From contig NC_082731.1 in assembly GCF_030144855.1 (NCBI RefSeq), positions 31,992,001 to 32,056,000 of the forward strand: DNA of 64,000 nucleotides, given 5' to 3'. Origin of the DNA: Hypanus sabinus (lineage: Eukaryota). Every line of letters starts with the position of its first letter. Position 1 is the first letter of the stretch. This document shows, one piece after another, positions 34,936-48,569 of the stretch. Both the position numbers and the translations under genes were made by a program. The notes beneath the pieces are model-generated. The model did no database searches, was not told the origin of the DNA, and worked only from the letters and a program-made list of their open reading frames with translations.

Positions 34936-37900
34936 GACTTCCGGTAAGTTGGCGATTGCTTAGTCGCTTCAAACTTTTGCTCCGTTATACTTCCTATTTT
35001 CGCACTATGTGTCTCCCTTTTTAAACCTTAGTTCGTTATTTTATTTGCTTTCTTTTATCTGCCTGCGAATACGTCTATCTTATAATGACTACAAAAAGTA
35101 CTAAACTCGGGAAAAAAGAAACTTCCACGGCTCTGTTGGCTGAGATTCTCTCTATCCTGGAACAGCATCGACAAGATACTCTAACGGATATCAAGACTGA
35201 ATTTAGAGCTTCTATCAGTTAGCTGGAGTCAAAAATTGGATCAGATTAATGCCAGAGTGGATGACCATGCTGAACATCTATCTCACATCGACCTAACCTC
35301 TGAAGATTTAGAACACCGTGTTCAACATCTAGAAACTCTCTGCTCCAACCTAACGGAAAAAAAACAGTAAACTTACTTCCAAAATGGCGGATCTCAAAAA
35401 TCGGAGCAGTTGCTGCAATCTGTGAATTCTCTGTTTGCCGGAGGCCACTGAAAAGGGCTCTTCCGTTGAATTTTTTTCTTCATTTCTCTGTGAGATTTTC
35501 GGGAAAGAATTTCTCCCAACTCCACCTGAACTAGAAAGGGCTCACAGGATTTATGTTCCATGTGCCATTTTGGGTTCTTGACCACGGCCAATTATATTAT
35601 GTTTTCATCGATATCAGGTGAAAAACCGTTTGATTATGGAGGCACACCGTAGAGGTACTTTGACTTTTCAAAATACAACTATTCGTTTTGTGGAAGATTA
35701 TGCCCCTCAGGTTCTGAAGATGTGTGCTGAGTTCAAAGACGTAATGAAAGTGCTTTTTGATCGTGGATTCAAACCTTTTCTTCATAACTCAGCCGATCTT
35801 CGAATTACGCTTACTACTGGAGAATATAAGTGGATTAAATCAGTGAAGGAGGCTGAGTTGTTTGTTGGAAATCTTCCAGCCATCTTGGCTTCTTCGGACC
35901 CGGTTTGATTTTCTAAAATGGCTGATAAGTACTTCTTGAATTAAAGTTTTTTTTTTACGAACTCAGACTCTACTTGAATAATTCAGACATTAACTATTGA
36001 GATTCTAAGGATTCTAGTTGGTCTCTCCCTGGCCTTGGTGCGATTTTCTTAAATAGATTATTTAAATTTACTGTTTCCCTGCCGACTTTAGATTTTACTT
36101 GTGTAATTTATTCTACTTCTGAATAACTTTAACTATAGAGAACGAAAATTGGTCTTAATTTGTTTTGGAGGCTTGGAGTTTCTTATTGAAGGCCTCCCTG
36201 TTGGTTTACGGTAAAAGATTTGCCTTTTTTTAAAAACGGTTGACATGTATTCTCTTTAAATTTATAATTTCCCCCTCCCCACCTCTTTTATTTTTTTCTT
36301 TCAATTTTTCATAGTTTCTCGCAGGTAGGTTAGTTTTTTTTGGATTTTTTTTGTATTAAGTTTTATACCTTTTCTGATATAAAGGTTTTATACCTTGTTC
36401 CTATTTGTAATTTTGCTCTCTAGTGCATAAATTAGCTAGTATTTGCTATATTATCTATACGGAGCCTATGTCAATGATACGGAACTGGAAGTTATTTTTG
36501 GGATAACATTTTTTTTTTGTAGAGCTAGCTGCTTTTTTGGGTAGCCATCTAGCTTTGGGTTGCGAGGGTGGGGTAGGTCTCTAGTTCCAATTTGGGTTGC
36601 GAGGGTGGGGTAGGTCTCTAGTTCCAAAGTTATTTACTGTTTTTTCTGTTTTCCCTTGTTATTCAGGACATGTTTCTGCCCTGATTTTACTGATTTATGT
36701 TTATATTTTTGCTCCCAGACTGTTATTGCAATGTTTGATTTTATATATGCCTACTACCTTTTATGTACTAACAATTGATAATGGTTAATACACTTAAATT
36801 TGTGAGCTGGAATGTAAAGGGATTGAATCATCCTGTTAAAAGAAGGAAGGTCTTGTCGCATATTAAACAACTCAAAGCTGACATTGCTTTCCTTCAAGAA
36901 ACTCATATTCGTAGTTTTGATAATTCTCCGCTTTTGTCAAAGTGGGTGGGTCAGCATTTTCATTCATCCTTCTCCGGCCAAAGCTGGGGGGGGGGTGGTT
37001 TCCATCCTTATTCATTCAAATATTCCTTTTGAACTCCATAATAAGATATCTGACACAAATGGCCATTTGATTATCGTTTCTGGTAAATTATATAATACTA
37101 AAGTTGTACTAGCAAACCTGTATGCTCCCAATTTTGACAATGTTAATTTTTTTGAACGTTTTTTCTTCTCACTACCAGATTTAAATTCATATTCTCTTAT
37201 ACTGGGTGGCGACTTTAATTGCTGGTTAGATCCCAATTTGGATCGATCGTCCCCTGTTACTAGATCACCTACTAAATCTGCTTTAGCTATTCACTCTTTT
37301 CTAATTATGGTACCTCTGATATATGGCATTTCCTTCATCCTACTGAGAGAGATTATTCCTTTTTTTCACATGTTCACCACACTATACTAGAATTGATTAT
37401 TTTTTAATTGATAATCAACTTATTTCATTTGTCCATTCTTGTGACTATCAGAGTAAACTGATTTCTGATCATACTCCACTTACTTTGTCTTTAAATTTTC
37501 CTGGTTTCCCTCAGAGGAATAAACATTGACATTCAACTTTATTATCGGACGATGATTTTCTAAAATTTATTAAGGATCAGATAACTTTTTATTTAAACAC
37601 TAATACGTCATCTGAAATGTCATCCCAGATTATCTGGGATGCCATGAAAGCATATTTGAGGGGTCAAATAATCTCATATGCAGAAAATCTTAATAGAAAA
37701 TCCCGTATATATTGAATAGACCTAATTAATCAGATTAAAGAATTAGATCAATTGTATGCTCAAACTAAGAACCCTGAATTATATAAGAAGTGTGTAAAAC
37801 TTCAAACTAAATTTGACCTTCTTTCTACTCAACCAGTTGAAAGTCAACTTCTTGAAAGTAAGAGTTGCTTTTATATTCACGGTGACAAATCTGGTAAATT

Positions 37901-40855
37901 TCTAGTTAATCAGTTGAGGCGTTCTAAAACTAAACAACATATCACAAAGATCCGGAAGGAGAACGGGGATATTACATCGGATCACTCAGAAATCAATGAC
38001 ATATTTAAAAATTTTTACTCTCGGCTTTATTCCTCTGAATCTCTGAATGAGAATATTTCTGTTGATCTTTTCTTAAATACTCTGAATATTCCTTTGCTTT
38101 CATCTGATTTTAAAGCAAAACTTAATGAGCCTATATCATCAGAAGAAATATCTTTTGCAATTTCTGCACTGTCTTCAGGCAAATCTCCTGGACCTGATGG
38201 GTTCCCCGTAGAATTTTATAAATCAATCTCTTCACTCCTTTCTCCTCAGTTACTCTCAGTACTATCTGACTTGTTTAACTATGGTAAATAGCCACCCTCA
38301 TTTAATGAGGCATGTATTATTCTTTTATTAAAAAAAGGTAAAGACCCAACAGAGTGTTCCTCGTACAGGCCGATCTCTTTGCTTAATGTTGATGCTAAAA
38401 TCTTGGCCAAAGTCTTGGCTCATAGATTAGAAACTGTTATACCCTCTATTATTTCTGATGATCAAACTGGTTTTTATTAAAAACCGTCTTCCTTTTTATA
38501 ACATACGGCGTTTATTTAATATTTTATATTCACCTTCAACTGGGATTCCTGAATGCGTTATTTCTCTCGATGCGGAGAAAGCATTTGATTGTATAGAGTG
38601 GAACTACCTCCTTGAGGTTTTAGAAAAATTTGACTTTGGTCAAAGTTTTATCTTGGATCAAATTGCTGTATCTGTGTCCTACCGCCTCTGATTTGACTAA
38701 TTCTCAGCAATCCCAGTTATTTAACCTCAAACGTGGCACTCGTCAAGGATGCCCTTTAAGTCCCTTTCTTTTTGATTTGGCTGGAGAATATCTGGTGATA
38801 GCATTCCGAAGCAGTCCTGAATTAACTGGGATTTGGGGGTGGGGGGGGGAGGTGTTGAGCATAAAGTTTCTCTTTATGCTGATGATCTATTACTTTTTCT
38901 TTCAAATCCGTCCACTTCCTTACCTCCAATGTTTTCACTTCTTGATCAATTTAGCCAGTTTTCTGGCTATAAACTTAATTTACATAAGAGTGAACTTTTC
39001 CCAATTAATAAAGAAGCACAAGTATTAGCATTCCGCAACCTCCCCTTTAAAGTAGTTCATAATCAATTTACTTACCTTGGTATTACAGTTACAAGGAAGT
39101 TTAAAGATCTTTTTCGTGAAAATTTTGCCAATTTTTTATACACTACAAAACAGAGTCTGTCACAATGGTCACCTCTATCTATGTCCTTGGTAGGTCGTAT
39201 TAATGTTGTTAAAATGTATGTTCTCCCTAAATTTTTATATTTATTTCAATCTATCCCAATTTTTATTTCTAAAACCTTTTTTGATTCCTTAGACTATTAT
39301 ATGTCCTATCTGTGGAAGAATAAGCATTCTAGAATTAATAAAGTTTATCTTCAAAAATCTAAAAAAGAGGGTGGCATGGATTTACCTAATTTTCATTTAT
39401 ACTACTGGGCAGCTAACATTCGTTGCACTATCTTTTGGTCTTTTTTTCATAGCCAATCTGAGTGCCCTAATTGGGTAGCAATGGAGCTGAATTCCACTAA
39501 AGATCTGTCTATTTCTGCACTTCTTGGTTCTGCAGTCCCCAGTAGTTTGTCTAGACTAATTGTTAATCCTCTTGTTAGACATACTTTGCGAATATGGGCC
39601 CAGTTTAGGAAATTTTATGGTTTTTCCCTTTCTAGTCCTATCTTACATAATCATCCTTTTGTTTTTACCTACTATATATGATTCAATATTCTATGATTGG
39701 GATAGGAAGGACATTTTGAAGATATTTTTATCGATAATCGCTTTGCATCTTTTCAATAGCTCTCTGCTGAGTTCAGTCTGCCTATTGCCCATTTCTTTAG
39801 ATATCTCCAAATCAGACACTTTATCAATGCTTTAATTCCCAACTTCCCTGAAATGCCCAAGAAAAATGTTACGGATTTATTTATTTCTATTAATCCACTG
39901 GGTAAAGGCTTAATATCATTTATCCGTGATAAATTAGTATCCTTATGGCGTGCCCATGGATAAATTTAGAATGGCTTGGGAGTATGACTTAAAAATCCCT
40001 TTATCTGATGAGATTTGGGACTCGATTCTCAAATCAGTTAATTCAACCTCTCTTTGTGCTCGCCACTGCCTTTTACAGTTTAAGATTGTTCATAGAGCCA
40101 TATGTCCAAATCTAAATTATCTCGATTTTACCCTAATATTAGTCCTCTTTGTGATAATGCAAAAGTAGCAAGGCTTCTCTTATTCATATGTACTGGACCT
40201 GCCCTAGCTTAAAGAAATTTTGGAAAGATGTTTTTATAACTTCATCCTGTATTCTGAATCACCACTTAGAACCTAACCCTTTAAATGCTCTGTTTGGTTT
40301 CTTGGGTGAGACAGATATATGCTTGAGTTCGACTAAATGTCGAATATTATCTTTTGCTTCTCTCCTGGCTAGACGTCTAATCCTCCTTAGATGGAGAGAT
40401 GTTGCCCCGCCCACGCATGCTCAATGGCTTAACAATATCATGTCCTGTTTAGACCTTGAAAAAATCCATTATTCAATTCATAATTCGGATATAAAGTTTC
40501 ATAAGGTCTGGGGACCTTTTATTGAGTATTTTCATAATTTTCCTCTTAATTTTTTTTTCAGTCCCTTGCTTTCAGCTCTTTTTTTTTGGTAGTAGGCATT
40601 AATATCTTCTGTTTTCAAGTGTATTTACAATTTTGGGGGTTTGAATGTTCTGATTTATATTTTCTACATTTTGTTTTGGTTGGTCTGGAGGTTTTTTTGT
40701 GGGGCTTGGGGAGGATACTAAGTTAATTATCTTATTTTGTATTATATTACTATTGTATGTTTATCTTGCACTGTATTAATTTTCTACTTTGTTTTGGGGA
40801 TTTTTTTATTTGTAGTGTTGTAGAAAATGCATTAAAAAATCAATTTAAAAAAAAA
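34936..40855 (+). mobile_element. Full-length (~5.9 kb) degenerate L1-clade retrotransposon with poly(A) tail and 13-bp TSD
   Basis: ORF1 remnant from ~35085 (RPIIL.FHRYQVKNRLI...IRFVEDYAPQV). ORF2 from 36775 (FVSWNVKGLN...FLQETH; GGDFN; KSPGPDGFP; RQGCPLSP; LYADD). Poly(A) at 40847-40855; aaggggtacagcc (34923-34935) vs aaggggtatagcc (40854-40866). Confidence 0.92.
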
Positions 40856-43374
40856 GGGGTATAGCCACAGGGATACTCTCTAGTACCTGATTCTTCCCCT
40901 TCCCTCTCCTGACTGTGACCCATTTCTCTGTCCCCTGTGGCCCCGGACTACCTGTCTGTAACTCCTCTCCATCACCTCCTCACTCTCTCTGACCAGACAT
41001 CATCAAGCTGCAGCTCCAGTTCCCTAACACAGACCCTTAGGAGATGCATCTGGAAGCACCGGGTGCAGATGTGGCTGTCCGGGATGCTGGGAGACTTCAG
41101 GACCTCCCACATCTGACACTGACCACAGAAAACTGGCCTCACACACATACTACCTCCTTTTTCAATCAACAACTGCCTCACCTCGTCCCGTTACCGCCAA
41201 AGCCCTCTCACTCTGTTGCCCACTGGATATGGCTGCCTTCTTTTTAAACTGTTCGCACTCAACAGGCTGACGTCACGTGCCTGCGCAGTCTGGCCTCTCT
41301 CTTCCCCCGAGAACTCAAAATGTCTTCCCGCTGGAAATCCTTAGGTGCTCTCCTGCTGCCTTCTTGTTCCGAATCAAAAACTTCTGCAGATTCCTTGCCC
41401 TTTTTAAACTGTTTCCTCTCCATTTTCACTACAGTCCTGCAAGTCCTGGGTGGAGATTCAGGAATACTGTCACACTCTGATGCAGGATCCTTTATTGCTG
41501 TTTCTGTACCAATTTTACTTGACTAGTCAGGGTTGTTAGCCCTGAGCTGAACCCCTGAACCTGAAGGACTGGTGGATCACTTGCCTCTGCCCTTTGACCT
41601 CTTTGGCACGGGTGACCTCACCAAGAGCCAGAGCATAAAGCCCTGACTCTAGCCAACATCACTCTCCGGGACATTGAGGCACATAAGCCCCCAAACCCTA
41701 CAACTTTGTGGTCCAACCAGGGTTTTAAGGAGCTGCCAGTGCATCCGGATGCCAGCAGTGCAAATGCTCTCTGTCAGACGGTCTTGGGCATTTGGAAGAG
41801 GACTCAGCTCCTTCTGGCAACTCGCTTCAACAGAGGACACCGGTGAAGGTGGGGATAATCCGGATCGGATGGGATGTAGAGACCAGAGGTGACGAGTGGG
41901 CCAAAGGTGGAGAAAGAGGATTGCCCCAGAGTCACACACAAAATGCTGGAGGAACTCAGTAGTCAGGCAGCATCAGTGGAGACGAATAACAAGCTGATGC
42001 TTTGGGCATCATAGAGGGTCACATCCTGAAACGTTATCTTTATTCCTCTCCATAGATGCTACCTGACTTACCAAGTTCCTCAAGTGTAACGGTGGATTCC
42101 CCCCCAAGAGATCCACAACCTTGGCGTAGGGTCTGGAGGCTTGTATGCCTCAATGACCTTGGACAGCTATGCTGGCTGGAGTCAGGGCTCGATGCTTTGG
42201 CTCTTGGTAGGGTCACCAGTGCCAAACAGGTCAAAGGGTAGAGGCCAGACTAAGAGTGGCCCACCAATCCTCCCGGTCTGGGGGAAATCTGTTCAGGCTA
42301 ACAACTCTGACTGGTCAAACAAAACTTACAGAAAGAGCAATGAAGAATCCTTCTACATCTGAGTGTGACGGTATTCCCGAGACCCCACCCAGAACTTGCA
42401 TGGCTGACGGTAGTGAAGACTGAGCTGATAGAAGCCCCAAATGCCAACAGAGATGGAGGACCTTCACTGCTGCCCTAAACACCAGCGTAATGGACAGAGA
42501 GCACTCTGCAATTCCTGCACCTGCAGGATGTCTTGTGTTAGGATGATCCCATCTCTTCACTCTCCCTCTCCACAATCCATCCTCCACCTTCAACAGGGGG
42601 AGAATTGATCGAGTCCACACCCGAGGCCCCCAGCCCGAGCTCCTATCATGAAAACACACAGCCACCAGTCTGAAAAGACTTTTATTTTGCTTCTGTGGCG
42701 AGTTAAAGACTTCGCATCGCGAAGAGGAAAGTTAGCATCGTTAAATATAAATTAGTGAGGACTCCCAGACTCCCTCCCAGGTGAAAGGGACACCAAGACC
42801 CACAGGTCCTGTCCTCACCTCTCCCACCCACTCGTGGCAGTGGTGGTGAAAAGACTCCACCCACACAAAAAAGTCTGCCAGGGAGGCAACACTGCTGGTA
42901 GGGATTGTGGATGCAGATGTCAGCAAAGTCATTTCCCCACGTCGCCCAGGCGACAGGGACTGATCCCACAAAGACGTGGAGTTCGTCATAGTCTTCTCAC
43001 GTTCGGAAGACCCACGTACACAGTAGTACAAAAGACTGAGCAGAACTAAACATAATAAATAAATTTCAAATAAATATAGATAGAGTTCAGTACACAGATC
43101 TTCCCCCCCGAGGGAGTCTGAGAGATACCAGTCAGTAGACAGATGTCCCTCAGGAAGGGGGAGTGAGCAAGCAAGCAAGCAGGGGCGGGGACTTTCCACC
43201 CTGAATGTGAACTCTCATAAAGGTGGACAGTTCTCTCCCCCTCACCAGCATACTGCGGAACCCTGCAGCCATGCCCAGAGCTGGGGGCCGGTTCATCTTC
43301 AACAAAAACAACAGCCTTTCTCAATGTGACATCTGCTCTCTGTATCCCCTGGGACAGCCCCAAACTCGTGCACC

Positions 43375-43935
43375 ATTAGAATGTTGTTCCTGGACTACAG
43401 TTCAGCGTTCAACACCGTAATTCACTGCAAACTTGACAGGAAGCTCAGAGACCTCGGCCTGCATCCCGTCTTGTGCAGCTGGATCCTAGACTTCCTACTG
43501 GATCGCCGACAGGTGGTAAGGACCTCTGACCCTCAACACAGGAGCCCCCCAGGTTTGTGTCCTGAGTCCCCTCTCTATTCCCTTTACACCCACGACTGTG
43601 CTGCCACACACAGCTCCAAACTGCTGATCGGATTCGCAGGTGACATGACTTTGATCGGCCTATTTCTGGCAGTGATGAGACAGCCTACAGAGAGGTTGAC
43701 ACCCTGACACAGTGATACCAGGATAACAACCTCTCCCTCAATGTCCAAACGAAAAAAAAGAGTTCTTCGTGGATTACAGAAGGAACAGAGACAGGCTCGG
43801 CCTGATCAACATTGATGGGTCTGCAGTTGAGAGGGTGAGTAGTTTCAAGTTCCTCGGTATACACATCACCGATGATCTCATCTGGCCTGTACACGCCAAC
43901 TGTGTGGCAAAAAAAAGCACAACAATGTCTCTTCC
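43375..43935 (+). mobile_element. LINE fragment (Rex1/Babar- or L2-like RT)
   Basis: [14 protein letters not shown]...LCSWILDFL and VERVSSFKFLGIHITDDL peptides. Confidence 0.85.
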
Positions 43936-43944
43936 ACCTCAGAG

Positions 43945-44720
43945 CCACCCTAGTACCGTGCATGGTTCCCGTCTCCGTATCGCAGGGTAGGACCTACAAT
44001 GGGAGTACCGTACACTGTCCCTATCTCCGTATCTGCCGTGTCAGAGCCACCCTAGTACCGTGCACGGTTCCCGTCTCCGTATCGCAGGGTAGGACCCACA
44101 ATGGGAGTACCGTACACTGTCCCTACCTCCGTATCAGAGCCACCCTAGTACCGTGCACGGTTCCCGTCTCCGTATCTGCCGTATCAGAGCCACCCTAGTA
44201 CCGTGCACGGTTCCAGTCTCCGTATCGCAGGGCAGGACCCACACGGGGAGTACCGTACACTGTCCCTACTTCCGTATCTGCCGTGTCAGAGCCACCCTAG
44301 TACCGTGCACGGTTCCCGTCTCTGTATCGCAGGGCAGGACCCACACGGGGAGTACCGTACACTGTCCCTACATCCGAATCTGCCGTGTCAGAGCCACCCT
44401 ACTGTACTGTGCATGGTTCCCGTCTCCGTATCACAGGGCAGGACCCACACGGGGAGTACCGTACACTGTCCCTACCTCCGTATCTGCCGTGTCAGAGCCA
44501 CCCTAGTACCGTGCACGGTTCCCGTCTCTGTATCGCAGGGCAGGACCCACACGGGGAGTACCGTACACTGTCCCTACATCCGAATCTGCCGTGTCAGAGC
44601 CACCCTACTGTACTGTGCATGGTTCCCGTCTCCGTATCACAGGGCAGGACCCACACGGGGAGTACCGTACACTGTCCCTACCTCCGTATCTGCTGTGTCA
44701 GAGCCACCCTACTGTACCAT
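43945..44720. repeat. Higher-order minisatellite related to the 52-bp Ig-intron repeat
   Basis: The accgtgcacggttcccgtctccgtatc core parallels accgtgcacagttcccgtctccctatc. Confidence 0.88.
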
Positions 44721-44779
44721 GCACGATTCCCGCATCCCTGTCACTGGGTATTGAAGAGGGAGCGCGGCACTGTAGGAGA

Positions 44780-45060
44780 AAATGCTGAGAAGGGAACTCC
44801 ACACCGCGGGAGGGACGGTGAGGAGGGAACTCCACACTGCAGTAGGGACGGTGAGGAGGGAACTCCACACCGCGGGAGGGACGGTGAGGAGGGAACTCCA
44901 CACTGCGGTAGGGACGGTGAGGAGGGAACTCCACACTGCGGTAGGGACGGTGAGGAGGGAACTCCACACCGCAGTAGGGACGGTGAGGAGGGAACTCCAC
45001 ATCGCGGGAAGGATGGTGAGGAGGGAAATACACACCGTGGTAGGGACGGTGAGGAGGGTG
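44780..45060. repeat. 33 bp minisatellite (gagggaactccacaccgcgggagggacggtgag)
   Basis: 11-aa periodicity in ORF 44385-45125 (GTPHRGRDGEE). Confidence 0.92.
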
Positions 45061-45199
45061 CGCCATGCTGTAGGCGGAAGCCATGCAGGAAGATGCGGCC
45101 ATTGAGAGTTTGCCAACTGAAGTAAAGTTTATTGTTCGACACTGTGAGCATCGAGGTGAGGACAGAGATGGCAGCAAAGGGATTACCTGCCACAGCAGA

Positions 45200-45680
45200 C
45201 AATTCACCCTCCACACCGTCCCATCACACATACCACAGGTCAGACACAGAGTGAATCTCCCTCCACACTGTCCATCACATACTCCTGGGGTCAGACACAG
45301 AGTGAAACTCCCCCCACACCGTCCCATCACACACTCCCGGAGTCAGACACAGAGTGAATCTCCCACCACACCGTCCCATCTCACACTCCCGGGGTCAGAC
45401 ACAGAGTGAAACTCCCTCCACACCGTCCCATCACACACTCCCGGGGTCAGACACAGAGTGAAACTCCCTCCACACCGTCCCATCACACACTCCTGGGGTC
45501 AGACACAGAGTGAAACCCCCTGCACACCGTCCCATCACACACTCCCGGGGTCAGACACAGAGTGAAACTCCCTCCACACCGTCCCATCACACACTCATGT
45601 GGCCAGGCACACAGTGAAACTCCCTCCACACCGTCCCATCACACACTCATGCGGCCAGGCACACAGTGAAGCTCTCTCTG
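45200..45680. repeat. 52 bp minisatellite (cacaccgtcccatcacacactcccggggtcagacacagagtgaaactccctc)
   Basis: Visible tandem units; reverse complement of the array at 60345-60945. Confidence 0.92.
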
Positions 45681-45722
45681 CAGCATCCCATCACGTGCTC
45701 CTGGGGTCAGGCGCGGACTCAC

Positions 45723-45835
45723 CAGTTGGGCTGGACGTTGTGCGGCCTCCCAAACAGTTCAATTTTGCGTGTCCCTGGGGACAGTCGCTCGATCATCCCA
45801 CAGATCTCGTCTGGCTTGTGGCTGGTGGATCGGAC
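45723..45835 (-). pseudogene. METTL3: METTL3 exon 10
   Basis: 113 nt, cag/gtgagt. VRSTSHKPDEICGMIERLSPGTRKIELFGRPHNVQPNW (conserved EIYG reads EICG here). Confidence 0.93.
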
Positions 45836-47199
45836 CTGTGGGGAAATGGGAGTGGAAGGGGGGAGCTGTCAGTCACAGAGTAGGTGGGACCCATCCCTGT
45901 GACCCCAACCCCACAGAAGACCACTGTTCCTCCCCCCTAAGCCCCCCAGACGCACAGAAACACAGGAACAGTAGAAAAACAGACACCTCTGCCTCGCATG
46001 TCGTCCTACTACTGTCCCACACCGTCCCTGAATCTTTCCAACATCTCACAGTGACTCCCCCCCACCAATGACAGCCCTCAATAGGGGCAGAGAGTCCCAG
46101 AGATCCCCCTCCCTCTGAGAGAAGACATTTCTGCCCAGCCCTGTGTTCAATGACCAGCCCTCACCCTTCAACCACGACCCAATGGTGGGAACATCCCAAC
46201 ATCGCTCCCCCACCCTGCCCTTCCCATCACCTCCACCTCAGCATCTGAGGGGGATGGACAGAGACACCTCTTGTTCTCCTTCACTCCAAGGGAGACAGAT
46301 CCAGCCCACCTGAGCCCTCCTGGTGGGTTGACCCTTCCTCACTCCCTCCCCGGAACAGCACACCAGTGTCTTTCCTTTCTTTGGAGGTGAGGTCAAGACA
46401 AGTTTATTGTCATTTAACTAAATACACAAATATTGTCAAACAAGTCAAGTTTCTCCAGTCCTGGGTGTAAAGCACAGTAGCAAACATTACACACAGAAAC
46501 TTACGAAGGGAAGGATCAAACCTACAGATGCTTCATGCATAAATAACAAACTAAAGTGCATAAATTAAATGTTGTAAGGTACAGAACAGATTAACCAGTG
46601 ACACTTTGAATGTGATGCAGCAGGGAGTTCAGAAGCCTCATGGCCTGACCGTTTCCCATCCTGACCGTCCTTCTATCGGAGTCTCCTGCCTGATGGTAGA
46701 AAGTCAAAGAGGATGCTGGATGGATGGGGCGGGATCCTTGATAACACTAACGACCCAGTGTACACAGCGCTCCTGGTAAATGTCCCTGGAGGATGGTGGT
46801 GAGACCCCGTTGACCATCTCAGCCGTTCAGCTTGTCACCAAACATGGCAACAAACATCTACAGATGTCTACAGTTGCTGTAGCTCACTGGTTGATCACCG
46901 TCCGCTACAGCAATCCCAATGTGCAGGAAAGTAAGACACAAAGAGAAGTGGAGCCCAATACATCCCAGACACACCCCCCACCCCCCATCGGGGGTATCTA
47001 CATGTGTTGCTACTTCAAAAAAGGCAGAAGGATGCAGAAGCCTGAAGTCCCACGCCACCAGGTTCAGGAACAGCTACTTCCTTCGGCTGTTCAGTTTCTG
47101 AACCATCCAGTACAACTCTGATCACTACCTCAGTGCAGCAACAATGTTCTTATCAACTTCAGGAGGAGGAAACGAGAGGTCCATGAGCCAGTCCTCGTT

Positions 47200-47870
47200 G
47201 GAGGATCAGCAAATTTAAATTCCTCAGACCTGTCCTGGGCCCAGCACACAAGTGCAATAATGAAGAAAGCACGGAGCACCTCTACTCCCTGAGGAATTTG
47301 CCGAAATTTGGCATGACATGTAAAACTTCGATAGATGTGTAGTGGAGATAATATAGAATGGCTGCATCACAGCCCGGTATGGAAACACCAAAGCCCTTTA
47401 AAGGAAAATCCTACAAGAGTAATGGATTCAGCCCAGTCCATCACAGGCAAAGCCCTCCCCACCACTGAGACATCTACGCAAAGCATCGTCACAGGAAAGC
47501 AGAGTCCAACATCGTGGACCTCCACCACCCTGGACGTGCTCTCTTCTCAATGATGCCATCGGGAACAAGGTACAGCAGCCTCAGGACTCACATCAGCAGG
47601 TTCAGGAACAGTTAACACCCTCAAACATCAGGCTTTTGAACCAAAGGAGATAACTTCACTTGCCCCACCATTAAAATGTTCCCAGAGCCTATCGACTCTC
47701 TTTCAAGGACTGTTCGTTTCACGTTCTCAATATTTATTGCTTATTATTTCTTTATTTTTGTATTTGCACCATTTGTTTTTTTGCACACTGGTTGAACTCC
47801 CCAGTTGGTGTGGTCTTTCATTGATTCTGTTATGGTTATTATTCATTATGGATTTATTGAGTATGCCTTA
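47200..47870 (+). mobile_element. LINE 3' fragment (Rex1/Babar- or L2-like)
   Basis: Degenerate RT C-terminal coding sequence; counterpart of 3473-4058. Confidence 0.75.
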
Positions 47871-48569
47871 GTTATTCACTTACGGGATGTGGGGATCGCC
47901 AGCTAGAGAAGGTGGCGATGAGCTGCCTTTTGAACTACTGCAGTCCCTGAGGTGTAGGTACACCCACGGTGCTGTTAGGGAGGAGATTCCGTGATTTTGA
48001 CCGAGCGACAATGAAGGAACGGCGATACGTTTCCAAGTCAGGATAGTGAGTGACTTGGAGGGGGATTTCCAAGTGGTGGTGTTCCCAGGTATCTGCTGTT
48101 CTTGTTCTTCTAGATGGTGATGGTCGTGGGTCTGGAAGGTGCTGTCTTAGGATCTCTGATGATTATTGAAAGTAGGCTGATAGCGCGGTAATTGGCTGGG
48201 TTGGACTTGTCCTGTTTCTTGTGTACCGGTATTTGTCACACCCTGGTGCTCGTGAACCAGATTCCCAACTATGGGTAAATAGCCCCACTGCCCTGTGGGC
48301 AGCCTCGGGAGAGACAAAGGCTACGAGAGTAGATCCAGACAGCAAATCTGGAGTGGAGCCCTTCAGGCAGCTGAACATCATTGAACATCCTTCCTGCAGC
48401 TTCTGTGGCCGAGCTGGTGCTACACTGGTGAGGCTGAGAGGGGGATCTTGACGGCTGGGCATCTCAGGATCTCCATACCTCCTGCCCAGGCTTGTGATAA
48501 TGATGCTAATTGTAAGATCATAAGACATCTGAGCAGAATTAGGCCACCTGGCCCATTTAGTCTGCTCCG

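Larger units (their letters stand above)
23930..41230 (-). mobile_element. Host CR1 LINE split into ~5 pieces (23930-25383, 26273-26424, 30251-30565, ~33490-34935, 40867-41230) by four nested insertions
   Basis: RT/EN/ORF1 peptides continue across each insertion, e.g. EYFAS|FTSEK across the MITE, FTIAMGK..|GKVLNWG across CR1-C, and the VAIPL(D)NKY region across the L1. Confidence 0.75.

Noticed and set aside
43200-43370. Exon-like segment upstream of the Ig-intron-related minisatellite, as a relic of a second Ig gene
   Set aside because: No Ig motif (Cys/Trp pattern) in any frame that I could support.
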